This document shows, one piece after another, positions 1-7,911 of a stretch of 32,000 nucleotides of DNA. Position numbers and translations under genes: made by a program. The notes under the pieces are model-generated. The model saw only the letters and a list, made by a program, of their open reading frames with translations. It was not told the DNA's origin and ran no database searches. The DNA is from Vitreoscilla massiliensis (lineage in GTDB: Bacteria; Pseudomonadota; Gammaproteobacteria; Burkholderiales; Neisseriaceae): assembly GCF_001457815.1 (NCBI RefSeq), contig NZ_LN898221.1, positions 463,788 to 495,787 of the forward strand, written 5' to 3'. Every line of letters begins with the position of its first letter. Position 1 is the first letter of the stretch.

Positions 1-210
1 CACTAATACAAACCAACAAAGCCTTGATATATCAAGCAACATAACCCAACGTACATTTATGTACTTCAATATGGTTTAATATCAAGTCGCCCTCCATCCG
101 CACCAAACCAGCCATAAAATTCAATGACTTACATCTATTTGGGTCAATTTTGGGTCTTTGGCTTGGGTTATCCACAGAAATTAGTGCGATAACTACTAGA
201 AGTAATAAAG

Positions 211-249
211 AAAATAGCGCAAACTTTTGTAAAGGTTTTGCGCTATTTT
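211..249. terminator. Stem-loop terminator below the phage lysis cassette; it could act in either direction
   Basis: AAAATAGCGCAAA (211-223), a 13-nt loop, then TTTGCGCTATTTT (237-249) form a perfect 13-bp stem with A/T runs on both sides. It lies 36 nt downstream of the endolysin stop at 285. Confidence 0.5.
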
Positions 250-284
250 CTCATTTAAAGCCTGCAATATCAATCTATCGGAAA

Positions 285-803
285 TCAAGCCTCGTTTGTG
301 CTCACATTGCCATTGCTACTCAATATTGGCAAATCATAACGCTTCGGGTCCGGTATTGATGGCACGCCATTTCCAAACGATGGCCATACATACGCAACCA
401 CCCGATCAGTAGAAAACGGCGCAATCGATACTTTATTGCTCTGATTGCCGCCCAATACCATCAAATTGCCCCGAGCATCTTTACCTACAACAAATCCCAC
501 ATGGCCACCACCAGAACGGTTAAAAATCACCAAGCAGCCATATGCTGGCTTACTCAATTTCGTGCCAGCATTTGCCCAGTCCTTTGCGCGATACCAATGT
601 TTTACAACAAAGCGGCCTGTAAACTGCAGACAGTAGCCCACAAACGTGCCACACCAAGGCGTTTCATCCTCTGCCCACCATGCCCCTAGTTTTTTTAGCC
701 AGCCCAGAATGGTTGTGTTGTGCCCCTTGGTACCAACGATTTCTGATAAACCTATGTGTTTACGTGCTTCGGCAATCCATGCCAGTTCAGTTTGCTTACT
801 CAT
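285..803 (-). CDS. Phage-type peptidoglycan hydrolase (endolysin) of the CHAP / NlpC-P60 type, resembling the TIGR02594 family
   Basis: 172-aa ORF. A catalytic-Cys context (ETPWCGTFVGYC) and a His context (GGGHVGFVVG) are typical of CHAP amidase/peptidases. The start overlaps the upstream holin stop (ATGA at 800-803). Confidence 0.8.
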   Translation of the reverse strand: MSKQTELAWIAEARKHIGLSEIVGTKGHNTTILGWLKKLGAWWAEDETPWCGTFVGYCLQFTGRFVVKHWYRAKDWANAGTKLSKPAYGCLVIFNRSGGGHVGFVVGKDARGNLMVLGGNQSNKVSIAPFSTDRVVAYVWPSFGNGVPSIPDPKRYDLPILSSNGNVSTNEA

Positions 804-1147
804 TGCATGCCCCCAGTTTTGGTTTTAATAGCAGCTTCCCAAATGGAAGCAAAAATGTTGATTGCGTTACCGCCCAAATAGCCTGATAACGAGATGGCGA
901 TACATGCGCCAGCGGTTAACTCATAACTATTTGTGAAGTGCCACACACCGAAAAACGCCAACACTCCGGCGAAAGCCGCAATAAACAAATCACAAAAAAT
1001 CTTCAACAAAAAATACTGTAATGGCATACGCACCCCCTCTCGGCGATAGCGCATAATTGCATCAGCCAAGCCGCCAAATACAGACAGCGCAATGACCATT
1101 GCCCATGTTGCTATTAACTGCTTGTATTCTTGTAAGCCATCAAACAT
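800..1147 (-). CDS. Phage holin with three predicted transmembrane segments
   Basis: 115-aa ORF with three hydrophobic stretches (LIATWAMVIALSVFGGLADAI, LKIFCDLFIAAFAGVLAFFGVW, AGACIAISLSGYLGGNAINIFA). It sits immediately upstream of the endolysin and is overlap-coupled to it. The call rests on position and topology. Confidence 0.6.
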   Translation of the reverse strand: MFDGLQEYKQLIATWAMVIALSVFGGLADAIMRYRREGVRMPLQYFLLKIFCDLFIAAFAGVLAFFGVWHFTNSYELTAGACIAISLSGYLGGNAINIFASIWEAAIKTKTGGMQ

Positions 1148-1222
1148 AAAGCCCCCTTAAAAAAACAAATCCCCACGATTTCTCATGAGGACAGTTTCTT
1201 TTAAAACAAAGGAGTTACTAAG

Positions 1223-1957
1223 TTATTTATTCATAATACCAGTCACCCAAATATTGCCACTTGGAACTTTAACCAATGAGTCGACCGGCAAATAACAAAG
1301 CCCGATGTACACTGAGAATTCGTCTGTATTTTGTATTTCTGCATACTTAGAATCTGTTGATGATAAAGGTGTTATTGCAAAGAAGAAGCTAAATTCAGAT
1401 GTTAAAGCTTTAACAATCGAGCCGTTATTATCACGCATGACAATATCTGTGTATGTGGCGCCAATTGCATCAATTGAAAAACGCCCGCTTGATTTATATG
1501 GCGTGATTCTCGGAGCTACATACTTACTTGACGTAGGAATTTCTGGATGAGTGATTCGCAACACGCCAGTTGTTGTGTTGAAACTGAAACTGTATTGAGC
1601 AGAAAGCGCAGATTGAGATGCAATAAGTTTGCTGTTTGTTGCATCATAGGTAATTAATGGGCAATCACTTCCTGCCGAGCCTTTGCTTTCATAGCATCGC
1701 ATCTGCGTAAGCGTTCCTTGAGTATTATTTGTTGAAGTTATATGCATAGGCTTCGCAAATACACCTGCAGTGGTGGGCACTTGTGCAGTAACAATTGAGC
1801 GAGCATTTGCGTCAGATTTAACGGGATGATTAAAGCGCATCAAACCCGTTGCTGGATTACTGTTTGCTGCATCATATGTTACTAATCCCTCGAATAACTT
1901 TGAAACTGATGTAATTGTGCCATCACCTTTAAACGTAAAAGTTAATGGTGCAAACAT
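1223..1957 (-). CDS. Hypothetical protein, possibly a phage structural or tail-fibre-like C-terminal part. Its 5' side abuts an IS end.
   Basis: 244-aa ORF rich in Ser/Thr/Asn and predicted beta-strand, with no motif I recognise. It lies upstream of the holin-endolysin pair. The reading frame stays open upstream of the ATG into the IS1016-like end at 1967, so it may be 5'-truncated. Confidence 0.35.
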   Translation of the reverse strand: MFAPLTFTFKGDGTITSVSKLFEGLVTYDAANSNPATGLMRFNHPVKSDANARSIVTAQVPTTAGVFAKPMHITSTNNTQGTLTQMRCYESKGSAGSDCPLITYDATNSKLIASQSALSAQYSFSFNTTTGVLRITHPEIPTSSKYVAPRITPYKSSGRFSIDAIGATYTDIVMRDNNGSIVKALTSEFSFFFAITPLSSTDSKYAEIQNTDEFSVYIGLCYLPVDSLVKVPSGNIWVTGIMNK

Positions 1958-1966
1958 ATTAATAAT

Positions 1967-2686
1967 GGGGCTGTCCTAGATAACTAGGTTAAATTTACTC
2001 TTACTAATTGTTTTAAAATGAAAATTTGCACTTTAATTTCACTGTGGTTAAAGCGCCATTCGCATTCCTTCAAATACAGCTCAAAATGCTCTTTTGGGAT
2101 GCCATTGAACTTACGTAAATGCCGTTTTGCTTGGTTCCAAAAATTTTCAATTCCGTTAATGTGGTTATGCTTTTCTGCAAAATGTGTGCTGTGATTGATG
2201 CGAAAATGGCTGAATTCACTCACATCCAATACATCGTAGCTTCTGTAACTGTCTGTATAAACGATGCTGTCTGGTTTAACCTGCTCACGGATTATGGGCA
2301 ATAAAGTGGTGGTTTGAGTATTAGGTACAGCGACGGTATAAACTTGGCCATTGCGCTTTAAAAGCCCGAATACAGCTACTTTCCCAGCAGCACCGCGTCC
2401 ACGCTTACCTTTTCGATGCCCACCAAAATAACTTTCATCTACTTCAATTTCACCATCAAACATTTCCAAATGAGGGCTGTTTTGAAAAATGAGTAGCCGT
2501 AAACGGTGGAAATAATACGCAGCCGTACTTTATATTTACGCCAACCAATTCTGCTGCCGTTCGGGCAGTAACTCCCGCAACAAACAGCTCAATCAATTTA
2601 TATTGTTTGTACTGACTAAGACGGCTTTTTCTCATAGGACTATTCTAACCTGAAGTTGAATATTCCTAGTTATCTAGGACAGCCCC
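1967..2686 (-). mobile_element. IS1016-like element (IS1595 family), about 720 bp
   Basis: Perfect 22-bp terminal inverted repeats: GGGGCTGTCCTAGATAACTAGG at 1967-1988 and its reverse complement at 2665-2686. The internal transposase resembles IS1016/ISXO2-type DDE transposases (EVDESYFGGxRKGKRGRGAAGKVAVFGLLKRNG...INHSTHFAE...INGIENFWNQAKRHLRKFNGI). Confidence 0.85.
1984..2635 (-). pseudogene. IS1016-like transposase split by a frameshift near 2525-2540
   Basis: ATG at 2635 gives MRKSRLSQYKQYKLIELFVAGVTARTAAELVGVN, which then runs out of frame. The expected continuation (..STAAYYFHRLRLLIFQNSPHLEMFDGE..) is in the frame of the 161-aa ORF 1984..2469, just after an in-frame TAA. The simplest reading is a 1-nt indel around GTAAATATAAAGTACGG. 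Confidence 0.75.
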
Positions 2687-2753
2687 TGTAGTGGTCTAAT
2701 ACAACAGGACACATTTCTGAGAGAATATTAATTCCCTTTGAAAGGTCAAAATC

Positions 2754-3032
2754 ATGGCAAAAAAGAGCCCACGCCGTCATTCAGATGAATTCAAACAAGA
2801 AACGGTTGATTTGGTGTTGAAACAAGGTTATTCAGTGGCTGATGCTGCTAGAGCAGTCGGTATCACTCCAGCTTTGCTCTATAAATGGAAAGCCAAACTG
2901 ACTGAACAGCCAATATTGAATGATGATGAGAAGGCCGAATTATTGCGATTGCGCAAAGAAATAAAACAGCTTCGAATGGAGCAAGAAATATTAAAAAAGG
3001 CCAGCGCTTACTTTGCGAAGCACGTGAAGTAA
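2754..3032 (+). CDS. IS3-family transposase OrfA (HTH plus leucine zipper)
   Basis: 92-aa ORF: RRHSDEFKQETVDLV...GYSVADAARAVGITPALLYKWKAK, followed by a coiled-coil (LLRLRKEIKQLRMEQEILKKA). Confidence 0.85.
   Translation: MAKKSPRRHSDEFKQETVDLVLKQGYSVADAARAVGITPALLYKWKAKLTEQPILNDDEKAELLRLRKEIKQLRMEQEILKKASAYFAKHVK
2993..2999 (+). promoter_or_regulatory. Programmed -1 ribosomal frameshift heptamer A AAA AAG for the OrfAB fusion
   Basis: A6G lies in the X XXY YYZ register of orfA (codons TTA AAA AAG, giving L K K). The -1 frame is open from 2993 through the orfB ATG at 3092 and reads KKGQRLLCEAREVRYNFIQQNQRHYPIKTLCKVMKVS. Confidence 0.7.
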
Positions 3033-3091
3033 GATACAATTTTATTCAACAAAATCAACGCCATTACCCAATTAAGACTCTGTGCAAAGTA

Positions 3092-3892
3092 ATGAAAGTA
3101 AGTGTTTCAGCCTACTATGCCTTGGAACCTAAACGGACAAATCTGGTTGAAGTTGGTTTACAAATCCAAATCAGAGCTCTGTTTAACCAACACAAACAAC
3201 GTATAGGTTCTCGCACAATTAAAGCGTTATTACAACAAATTGGATTCCAAGTCGGAAGGTACAAAGTTCGCAGTGTGATGAGAAAGTTGGGTTTGGTATG
3301 TCAGCAGCGTCAAGCATTTAAGGTGACAACCAAACGCAATGAGAGGCACCAAGTTCAATTCAACTTATTGAATCAAAACTTCCAACCGTTGTTTGCCAAT
3401 GAAGTTTGGGCCGGCGACATTACTTACATCAAAACCAGCCAAGGTTGGCGCTACCTGGCTGTGGTGATGGACTTGTTCTCTCGCCGCATTGTGGGTTGGA
3501 GTATGGCTGAACGCATGAAAGCTGACTTGGTGATTCAAGCGTTACAACAGGCACATGTCTTACGCCAACCGCAGTATGGCTGTGTATTTCACAGCGACCG
3601 AGGTTCACAGTACACCAGTCGAGCCTTCGCTAAGAAAGCCAGTCAATTAAAGATGCGTTTGAGTATGTCTGATATGGGATGTTGCTACGATAATGCGGTA
3701 GTAGAGCGATTCTTTGGCAGTTTGAAATATGAAGGTTTAGGCCATACCACGAGCATGAATGAAAGTGTAGTCAAACAAGAAATCACGCAATTTATTCATT
3801 ATTACAATTTTAAACGGCCACATACAGCCAACAATGGAATGAGCCCATTGGAGTATGAAAATTCTCAGATAAAAGTGTCCTGCGCGGCTTGA
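3092..3892 (+). CDS. IS3-family transposase OrfB (DDE integrase core), probably made as an OrfAB fusion from 2754
   Basis: 266-aa ORF with rve-type motifs: WAGDITYI, VVMDLFSRRIVGW, HSDRGSQYTS, DNAVVERFFGSLKYE, YYNFKRPH. Confidence 0.85.
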   Translation: MKVSVSAYYALEPKRTNLVEVGLQIQIRALFNQHKQRIGSRTIKALLQQIGFQVGRYKVRSVMRKLGLVCQQRQAFKVTTKRNERHQVQFNLLNQNFQPLFANEVWAGDITYIKTSQGWRYLAVVMDLFSRRIVGWSMAERMKADLVIQALQQAHVLRQPQYGCVFHSDRGSQYTSRAFAKKASQLKMRLSMSDMGCCYDNAVVERFFGSLKYEGLGHTTSMNESVVKQEITQFIHYYNFKRPHTANNGMSPLEYENSQIKVSCAA

Positions 3893-3942
3893 CCACTACA
3901 CCCAAAATCATTTATTTAATTACTGCACATTTACAGATATTG

Positions 3943-4239
3943 TCATTTATCACCATGTACTACTTTTGCACCACGTTTCACTTTATGATGTTTTACATGG
4001 TGTTTTGCAGTTTTATTTGAATGGTTCGCTGCATGTTTTTTTGAAATTTTATGTTTTTTCGCATGTACCTTTTTGCCATTTACTTTATGGTGTTTCACCA
4101 TTTGGTGTTTGGCAGTAGAAACAGTTTGAACTGGGGTCATATTTTTTGCTGGAGGTGCTGTAGGTGTTGTTGCTGCCAAACTTAAAGCTGTCAATGAACC
4201 TAAAGTAGTTGCGAGCAAGGTAGCAATAATTTTTTTCAT
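3943..4239 (-). CDS. Small secreted His/Lys-rich protein with Asr (acid-shock protein)-like composition
   Basis: 98-aa ORF. It has a signal peptide (MKKIIATLLATTLGSLTALSLA), a Thr/Pro-rich linker and a tail of KHH/KKH repeats (KHHKVNGKKVHAKKHKISKKHAANHSNKTAKHHVKHHKVKR). An SD-like GGGAGATG lies upstream. Confidence 0.55.
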   Translation of the reverse strand: MKKIIATLLATTLGSLTALSLAATTPTAPPAKNMTPVQTVSTAKHQMVKHHKVNGKKVHAKKHKISKKHAANHSNKTAKHHVKHHKVKRGAKVVHGDK

Positions 4240-4501
4240 GGTACATCTCCCAAGTGAGGTTGTTCTGTTTGTGTGAGGTCATATTGCACTTCGACACTTA
4301 GGGGAAACTTAGAAAGAAATAAAGTTAAGTAATCCATGAAAAACGAAGATTTACCTGAAATTTAAGGTTAAATTAATTCTAATAAAACTCTAAAAATCAC
4401 CAGTACTTGAAATTGGAATTAAAATAAAGCCATGGGGTAATCCCCCTTTAAGTAAGTGCAGCATTAAGTAGAATTTTCTCGTAACCTATACGCAGGAGAT
4501 T

Positions 4502-4771
4502 TTGCATGAAACAGTCACGATTTACCGATACCAAATCATTGCTATCTTAAAGCAGGCAGAAGCTGGAACACCTATACCAGAAGTATGTAGAGAACATGGC
4601 ATCAGTTCTGCCACTTTCTACAAATGGTGTTCCAAATACGCGGGTATGGATGCATCTCTGATGGCAAGAATGCGTGAGTTAGAAGCCGAGAATGCCCGTT
4701 TGAAGAAGATGTATGCTGAAGAGCGGCTCAAAGCGGAAATCATTCAGGAGGCCATGGCAAAAAAGTGGTGA
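4502..4771 (+). pseudogene. IS3-family OrfA that has lost its natural start through a 1-nt deletion
   Basis: ATG at 4506, 7 nt after AGGAG, reads MKQSRFTDT and then hits TAA at 4548-4550. The expected continuation QIIAILKQAEAGTPIPEVCREHGISSATFYKW is in the -1 frame, where the only upstream start candidate is a poorly spaced TTG at 4502. GATACCAAATC looks like GATACC-C-AAATC with one C missing. Confidence 0.65.
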
Positions 4772-5601
4772 AGCCATCTTTGCGCAAGAAGATGGCGTAT
4801 GAGGCGGTCCAACATAAGGCTGTCAGCATACGTTTTGCCTGTGCCACATTCCAAATCAGCGAAACTTGCTACCGTTACCAACACCAATTATCAGATGGCA
4901 ATGCCTTAATCATTCATTGGTTATTGTTGCTAACACAAGAACACCGCGATTGGGGATTCGGTTTGTGCTTTGCCTACATCCGTAACGTTCAAGGTTTGCG
5001 CTTCAATCACAAACGGGTGTATCGGATTTACTGTGAATTGGCTTTAAACCTGAGAATCAAGCCCAAACGCCGTATTAAGCGGCCTGTACCGGATGTATTG
5101 AAACAGCCCACTCACATCAATGACATTTGGTCTTTGGATTTCATGCATGATCAAATGAGCGATGGTCAAAGCTATCGTTTGTTGAACATTATTGATGATT
5201 ACAGACGTGAAGGTTTGGCAATGGAGGTAGGCTTATCACTGCCAGCCAGTCGGGTGATACGCACGCTGAATCAGCTGTTGGAATACCGCACCAGACCCAA
5301 AGCCATACGTTGTGATAATGGCCCAGAATTTACCAGTCATGAATTTCAATCTTGGGCCATACAAAAAGGCATTCGAATTGAATACATCCAACCAGGCAAG
5401 CCACAGCAAAACGCTTCTATTGAGCGCTATAACCGCACCGTCAGGTATGGATTGTTAAATCAGTATTTGTTTAAGAGTTTGGAAGACATTCAGGATTGTG
5501 CCACCCGTTGGTTATGGTTTTACAATCATAAAAGACCTCATCAGGCCAATGGCTGTAGGCCACCGCTGATGGATTTTGATTCTACTGAAACCTGCCATTA
5601 A
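4765..5601 (+). CDS. IS3-family transposase OrfB (DDE integrase core)
   Basis: 278-aa ORF with WSLDFMHD, NIIDDYRREGL, RCDNGPEFTS, PQQNASIERYNRTVR and FYNHKRPHQA. It is reached by -1 frameshifting at A AAA AAG (4759-4765). Confidence 0.8.
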   Translation: MVKPSLRKKMAYEAVQHKAVSIRFACATFQISETCYRYQHQLSDGNALIIHWLLLLTQEHRDWGFGLCFAYIRNVQGLRFNHKRVYRIYCELALNLRIKPKRRIKRPVPDVLKQPTHINDIWSLDFMHDQMSDGQSYRLLNIIDDYRREGLAMEVGLSLPASRVIRTLNQLLEYRTRPKAIRCDNGPEFTSHEFQSWAIQKGIRIEYIQPGKPQQNASIERYNRTVRYGLLNQYLFKSLEDIQDCATRWLWFYNHKRPHQANGCRPPLMDFDSTETCH

Positions 5602-5706
5602 ATATGGGAGGATTACTATGGGAACTTATACAAATCAGCAGTGGCACAACGGACGAAACACACCGACACCTTCAAGTATGACTTTTATCATTGCTGCAAA
5701 CTCAGC

Positions 5707-5997
5707 TTATGCGGATATGTTCTGATCAAACCAATTTAGGGCATAAGCCACCCTGTCTTCTATGGAGCATCCTTGCGCGTAAGTGTTGTAACCTGTGCCA
5801 TAATTGTAGCTGTCAAAATTGACCTTTAAATCCTTGTATAAGGCCATGTTATGCCAATAGCCGAGTGGGTAAACCCTGATGAACAAGGTATTCAAATGGC
5901 CATAGAATTGCAGTGTGACCGTAGCCTTGGCTCGGCCACAGCGACCATGTTGTGCCGCTTTTTTGAAGATTCTTTGCATGGAAGACCCTTTAAACAT
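5707..5997 (-). CDS. Small hypothetical protein (90-96 aa) translationally coupled to the Sel1-repeat gene
   Basis: The start overlaps the Sel1 gene stop (ATGTTTAA, 5990-5997). An alternative ATG at 5979 is preceded by AAGGG. It has no signal peptide and no motif I recognise. Confidence 0.4.
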   Translation of the reverse strand: MFKGSSMQRIFKKAAQHGRCGRAKATVTLQFYGHLNTLFIRVYPLGYWHNMALYKDLKVNFDSYNYGTGYNTYAQGCSIEDRVAYALNWFDQNISA

Positions 5998-7696
5998 TGT
6001 ACGATGGAATGCGCAATTGTCTTAGTTGCTCGATTGCTTCTGCGTGGCCATTCATTTCAGCACGGAATAGCCATCCGGCCCCTGAGGTCAAATCCTGCTC
6101 AACACCATATCCCTTGATGTACTTGCTGCCTAATTTGTATTGGGCCTCAGCGTGGCCATTGTCAGCTGCTTTTTGCAGCCAATCCATAGCCAGTATTTGA
6201 TCGGCTACCACACCACGGCCTTGCTCATACATTTCAGCCAACTTTAATTGGGCATCAGCATGATCCTGATAAGCGGCTTTTTTGAAATTTTCAAAAGCCA
6301 GTGCATAGTCTTTGTGTATGCGCATTTCGGAACTGTATATCAAGCCAAGACGGTATTGAGCAGGGGCCTGACCCAAGGCGGCATTGTGCTCAAGCCAGCG
6401 GTAAAAAATATCCGCATATTGAGAATTTGGGGTGATGTCGCACAGCACAAACTCGAAGCCCAAATTGTATTGGGCCAATACATGACCTTGCTCAGCCGCT
6501 TTTAGGTGCAAATCAACGGCCTTGTATTTGTCTTCAGCGACCCCGTGGCCATCAAAATACAAGTTACCCAAGGCATACAGAGCTTCCGGGTGCAGCTTAC
6601 TGGCAGCCATGTGATACCACTCAGCAGCATTTTCAACGTCGGCTCCAGTGGCATCATTGAAGTAAAACATTTTGGCCAAAAAATACTGGCTTTCTGTATG
6701 GCCTTGATCCGCAGCCATGTGCAGCCATTCACGGGCCGCCAGTTCATCAAGAGGCGTGCCTATGCCCTGTAAATACATTTGCGCGACCTGATGCTGCGCA
6801 TCAGCGTCACCAATCTTGGCAGCGCTTAGGAACCAATGAAATGACTGTGCATAATCAGGGTTTGGCTTCAGGTTAAAGTAGTGATGGCCAAGATTGATCT
6901 GCGCTTTCAAATGATCAAGCTCCGCAATCTTGGTGTACAACTCGATGGCCAAATCTAAGTCTTTGGGCAAAACAATGCCCAATTCATGCATGGTGGCAAT
7001 GTTGAATATGGCTTCTTTATCGTTAATCTTTGAAGCCATATCCAACCAATTCAAGGCCATGAACACCTTGTCTTTGCTGAAATTGCTTGAAAGATACAGC
7101 TGGCACAATTTCACCATCGCCTTAGTGCTGCCCTCAGCTGCGGCCAATGACAACCATTTTTCCGCTTCTTTTTCGTTGCGAAACAGAAAATTGTTTTCAA
7201 GGTGTAGCTCACCCAAACGTACTTGCGCATCGCTGTGATTCAGCTCAGCTGCTTGGCAATACCAATGTATTGCTAGTAACACGTCTTTGGAGACGTAAAT
7301 ACCGTTTTCATACATCAAACCCAAATTGTATTGTGCTGAAGCTTGCTTGTTCAATGAAGCCAGCTTCAACCAATAGAAAGCCTGTTTGTGATCGTTGGCC
7401 ACGTATTGATTGAACAAAAAGATGTGGCCCAACAAAGACTGTGCAGGAGGGTGATTGCGTTTGGCCAATTTGACCAAGGTGCTGATGGCATCTAAGTGGC
7501 TGCCATCAGGTTTGTGCGTATTAAACTGTTTTTCTGCCTTTAAAAATTCTCTGTTCATAGCTTGGCCATGATTGCGTTTGCACTCGTCAGCGTTATAAAC
7601 CACTTCCAAGGACTTCATTGAATACTTTAATGAAAAATTTTCATAGTGTGGACTCAGTTTGAATCCATGCAAATTGACATTTTTGGCTTGGTACAT
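5990..7696 (-). CDS. Cytoplasmic Sel1-like repeat (SLR/TPR-family) protein with about 13 repeats
   Basis: 568-aa ORF with repeated 36-aa units carrying the SLR signature (AQYNLGLMYENG.GV.KD...A..WY.KAAEQGH..AQ). No N-terminal signal peptide. Confidence 0.85.
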   Translation of the reverse strand: MYQAKNVNLHGFKLSPHYENFSLKYSMKSLEVVYNADECKRNHGQAMNREFLKAEKQFNTHKPDGSHLDAISTLVKLAKRNHPPAQSLLGHIFLFNQYVANDHKQAFYWLKLASLNKQASAQYNLGLMYENGIYVSKDVLLAIHWYCQAAELNHSDAQVRLGELHLENNFLFRNEKEAEKWLSLAAAEGSTKAMVKLCQLYLSSNFSKDKVFMALNWLDMASKINDKEAIFNIATMHELGIVLPKDLDLAIELYTKIAELDHLKAQINLGHHYFNLKPNPDYAQSFHWFLSAAKIGDADAQHQVAQMYLQGIGTPLDELAAREWLHMAADQGHTESQYFLAKMFYFNDATGADVENAAEWYHMAASKLHPEALYALGNLYFDGHGVAEDKYKAVDLHLKAAEQGHVLAQYNLGFEFVLCDITPNSQYADIFYRWLEHNAALGQAPAQYRLGLIYSSEMRIHKDYALAFENFKKAAYQDHADAQLKLAEMYEQGRGVVADQILAMDWLQKAADNGHAEAQYKLGSKYIKGYGVEQDLTSGAGWLFRAEMNGHAEAIEQLRQLRIPSYNV

Positions 7697-7911
7697 AATG
7701 AATTACTTTAATAGTTACTAAAGTCTATATTTTAAATAGAGTATCTAATGTTAAATTGATATATATCAAAAACAATTGAATATAATATCTAATAATTAGA
7801 TTTTTATTAATACTCTATTGTTAGTTTTATGTTAGGTAGCAATACAAAAATGTGTGACTGCTATCAAATAATTAGCATGACACAACAATAATACAATTGA
7901 CATAGCCCATT

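Larger units (their letters stand above)
2687..3900 (+). mobile_element. IS3-family insertion sequence, 1214 bp, apparently intact
   Basis: Terminal inverted repeats TGTAGTGGTC...CAGGACAC (2687-2712) and GTGTCCTG...GACCACTACA (3875-3900), with the TG...CA ends typical of IS3. It has orfA/orfB organisation with an A6G slippery site. CCC flanks both ends (2684-2686 and 3901-3903) and may be a 3-bp target duplication. Confidence 0.85.
4431..5621 (+). mobile_element. Second, unrelated IS3-family element. Boundaries are approximate (about +/-10 bp).
   Basis: orfA/orfB organisation with an A6G slippery heptamer at 4759-4765. Imperfect terminal repeats: left CCATGGGGTAATCCCCC...TTAA..GCAG, and the reverse complement of the right end CCATAGTAATCCTCCC...TTAA..GCAG. 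Confidence 0.65.

Noticed and set aside
81-105. A possible tRNA gene (a sequence ending ..CATCCGCACCA after a TCAAGTC T-loop-like segment).
   Set aside because: I could not build a D-arm, an anticodon arm or a matching 5' acceptor strand from the upstream sequence. At most it is a partial 3' fragment, which I kept only as a speculative att remnant in the findings.
168-176. A perfect DnaA-box consensus, TTATCCACA.
   Set aside because: It is a single isolated 9-mer with no cluster of boxes, AT-rich unwinding element or dnaA/dnaN context. One chance occurrence in 32 kb is not unlikely.
4085-4297. A 70-aa minus-strand ORF overlapping the His/Lys-rich gene in another frame, plus small ORFs at 150-359, 445-886, 23648-23872 and 23730-23930.
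   Set aside because: They have no ribosome-binding sites or recognisable features. They overlap better-supported genes or sit in AT-rich non-coding DNA, and their composition is consistent with chance ORFs.
2687-5621. A composite transposon formed by the two IS3-family elements around the His/Lys-rich gene.
   Set aside because: The two elements have different ends and clearly different OrfA/OrfB sequences, so they are not copies of the same IS. One has a damaged orfA. No shared flanking target duplication is visible.
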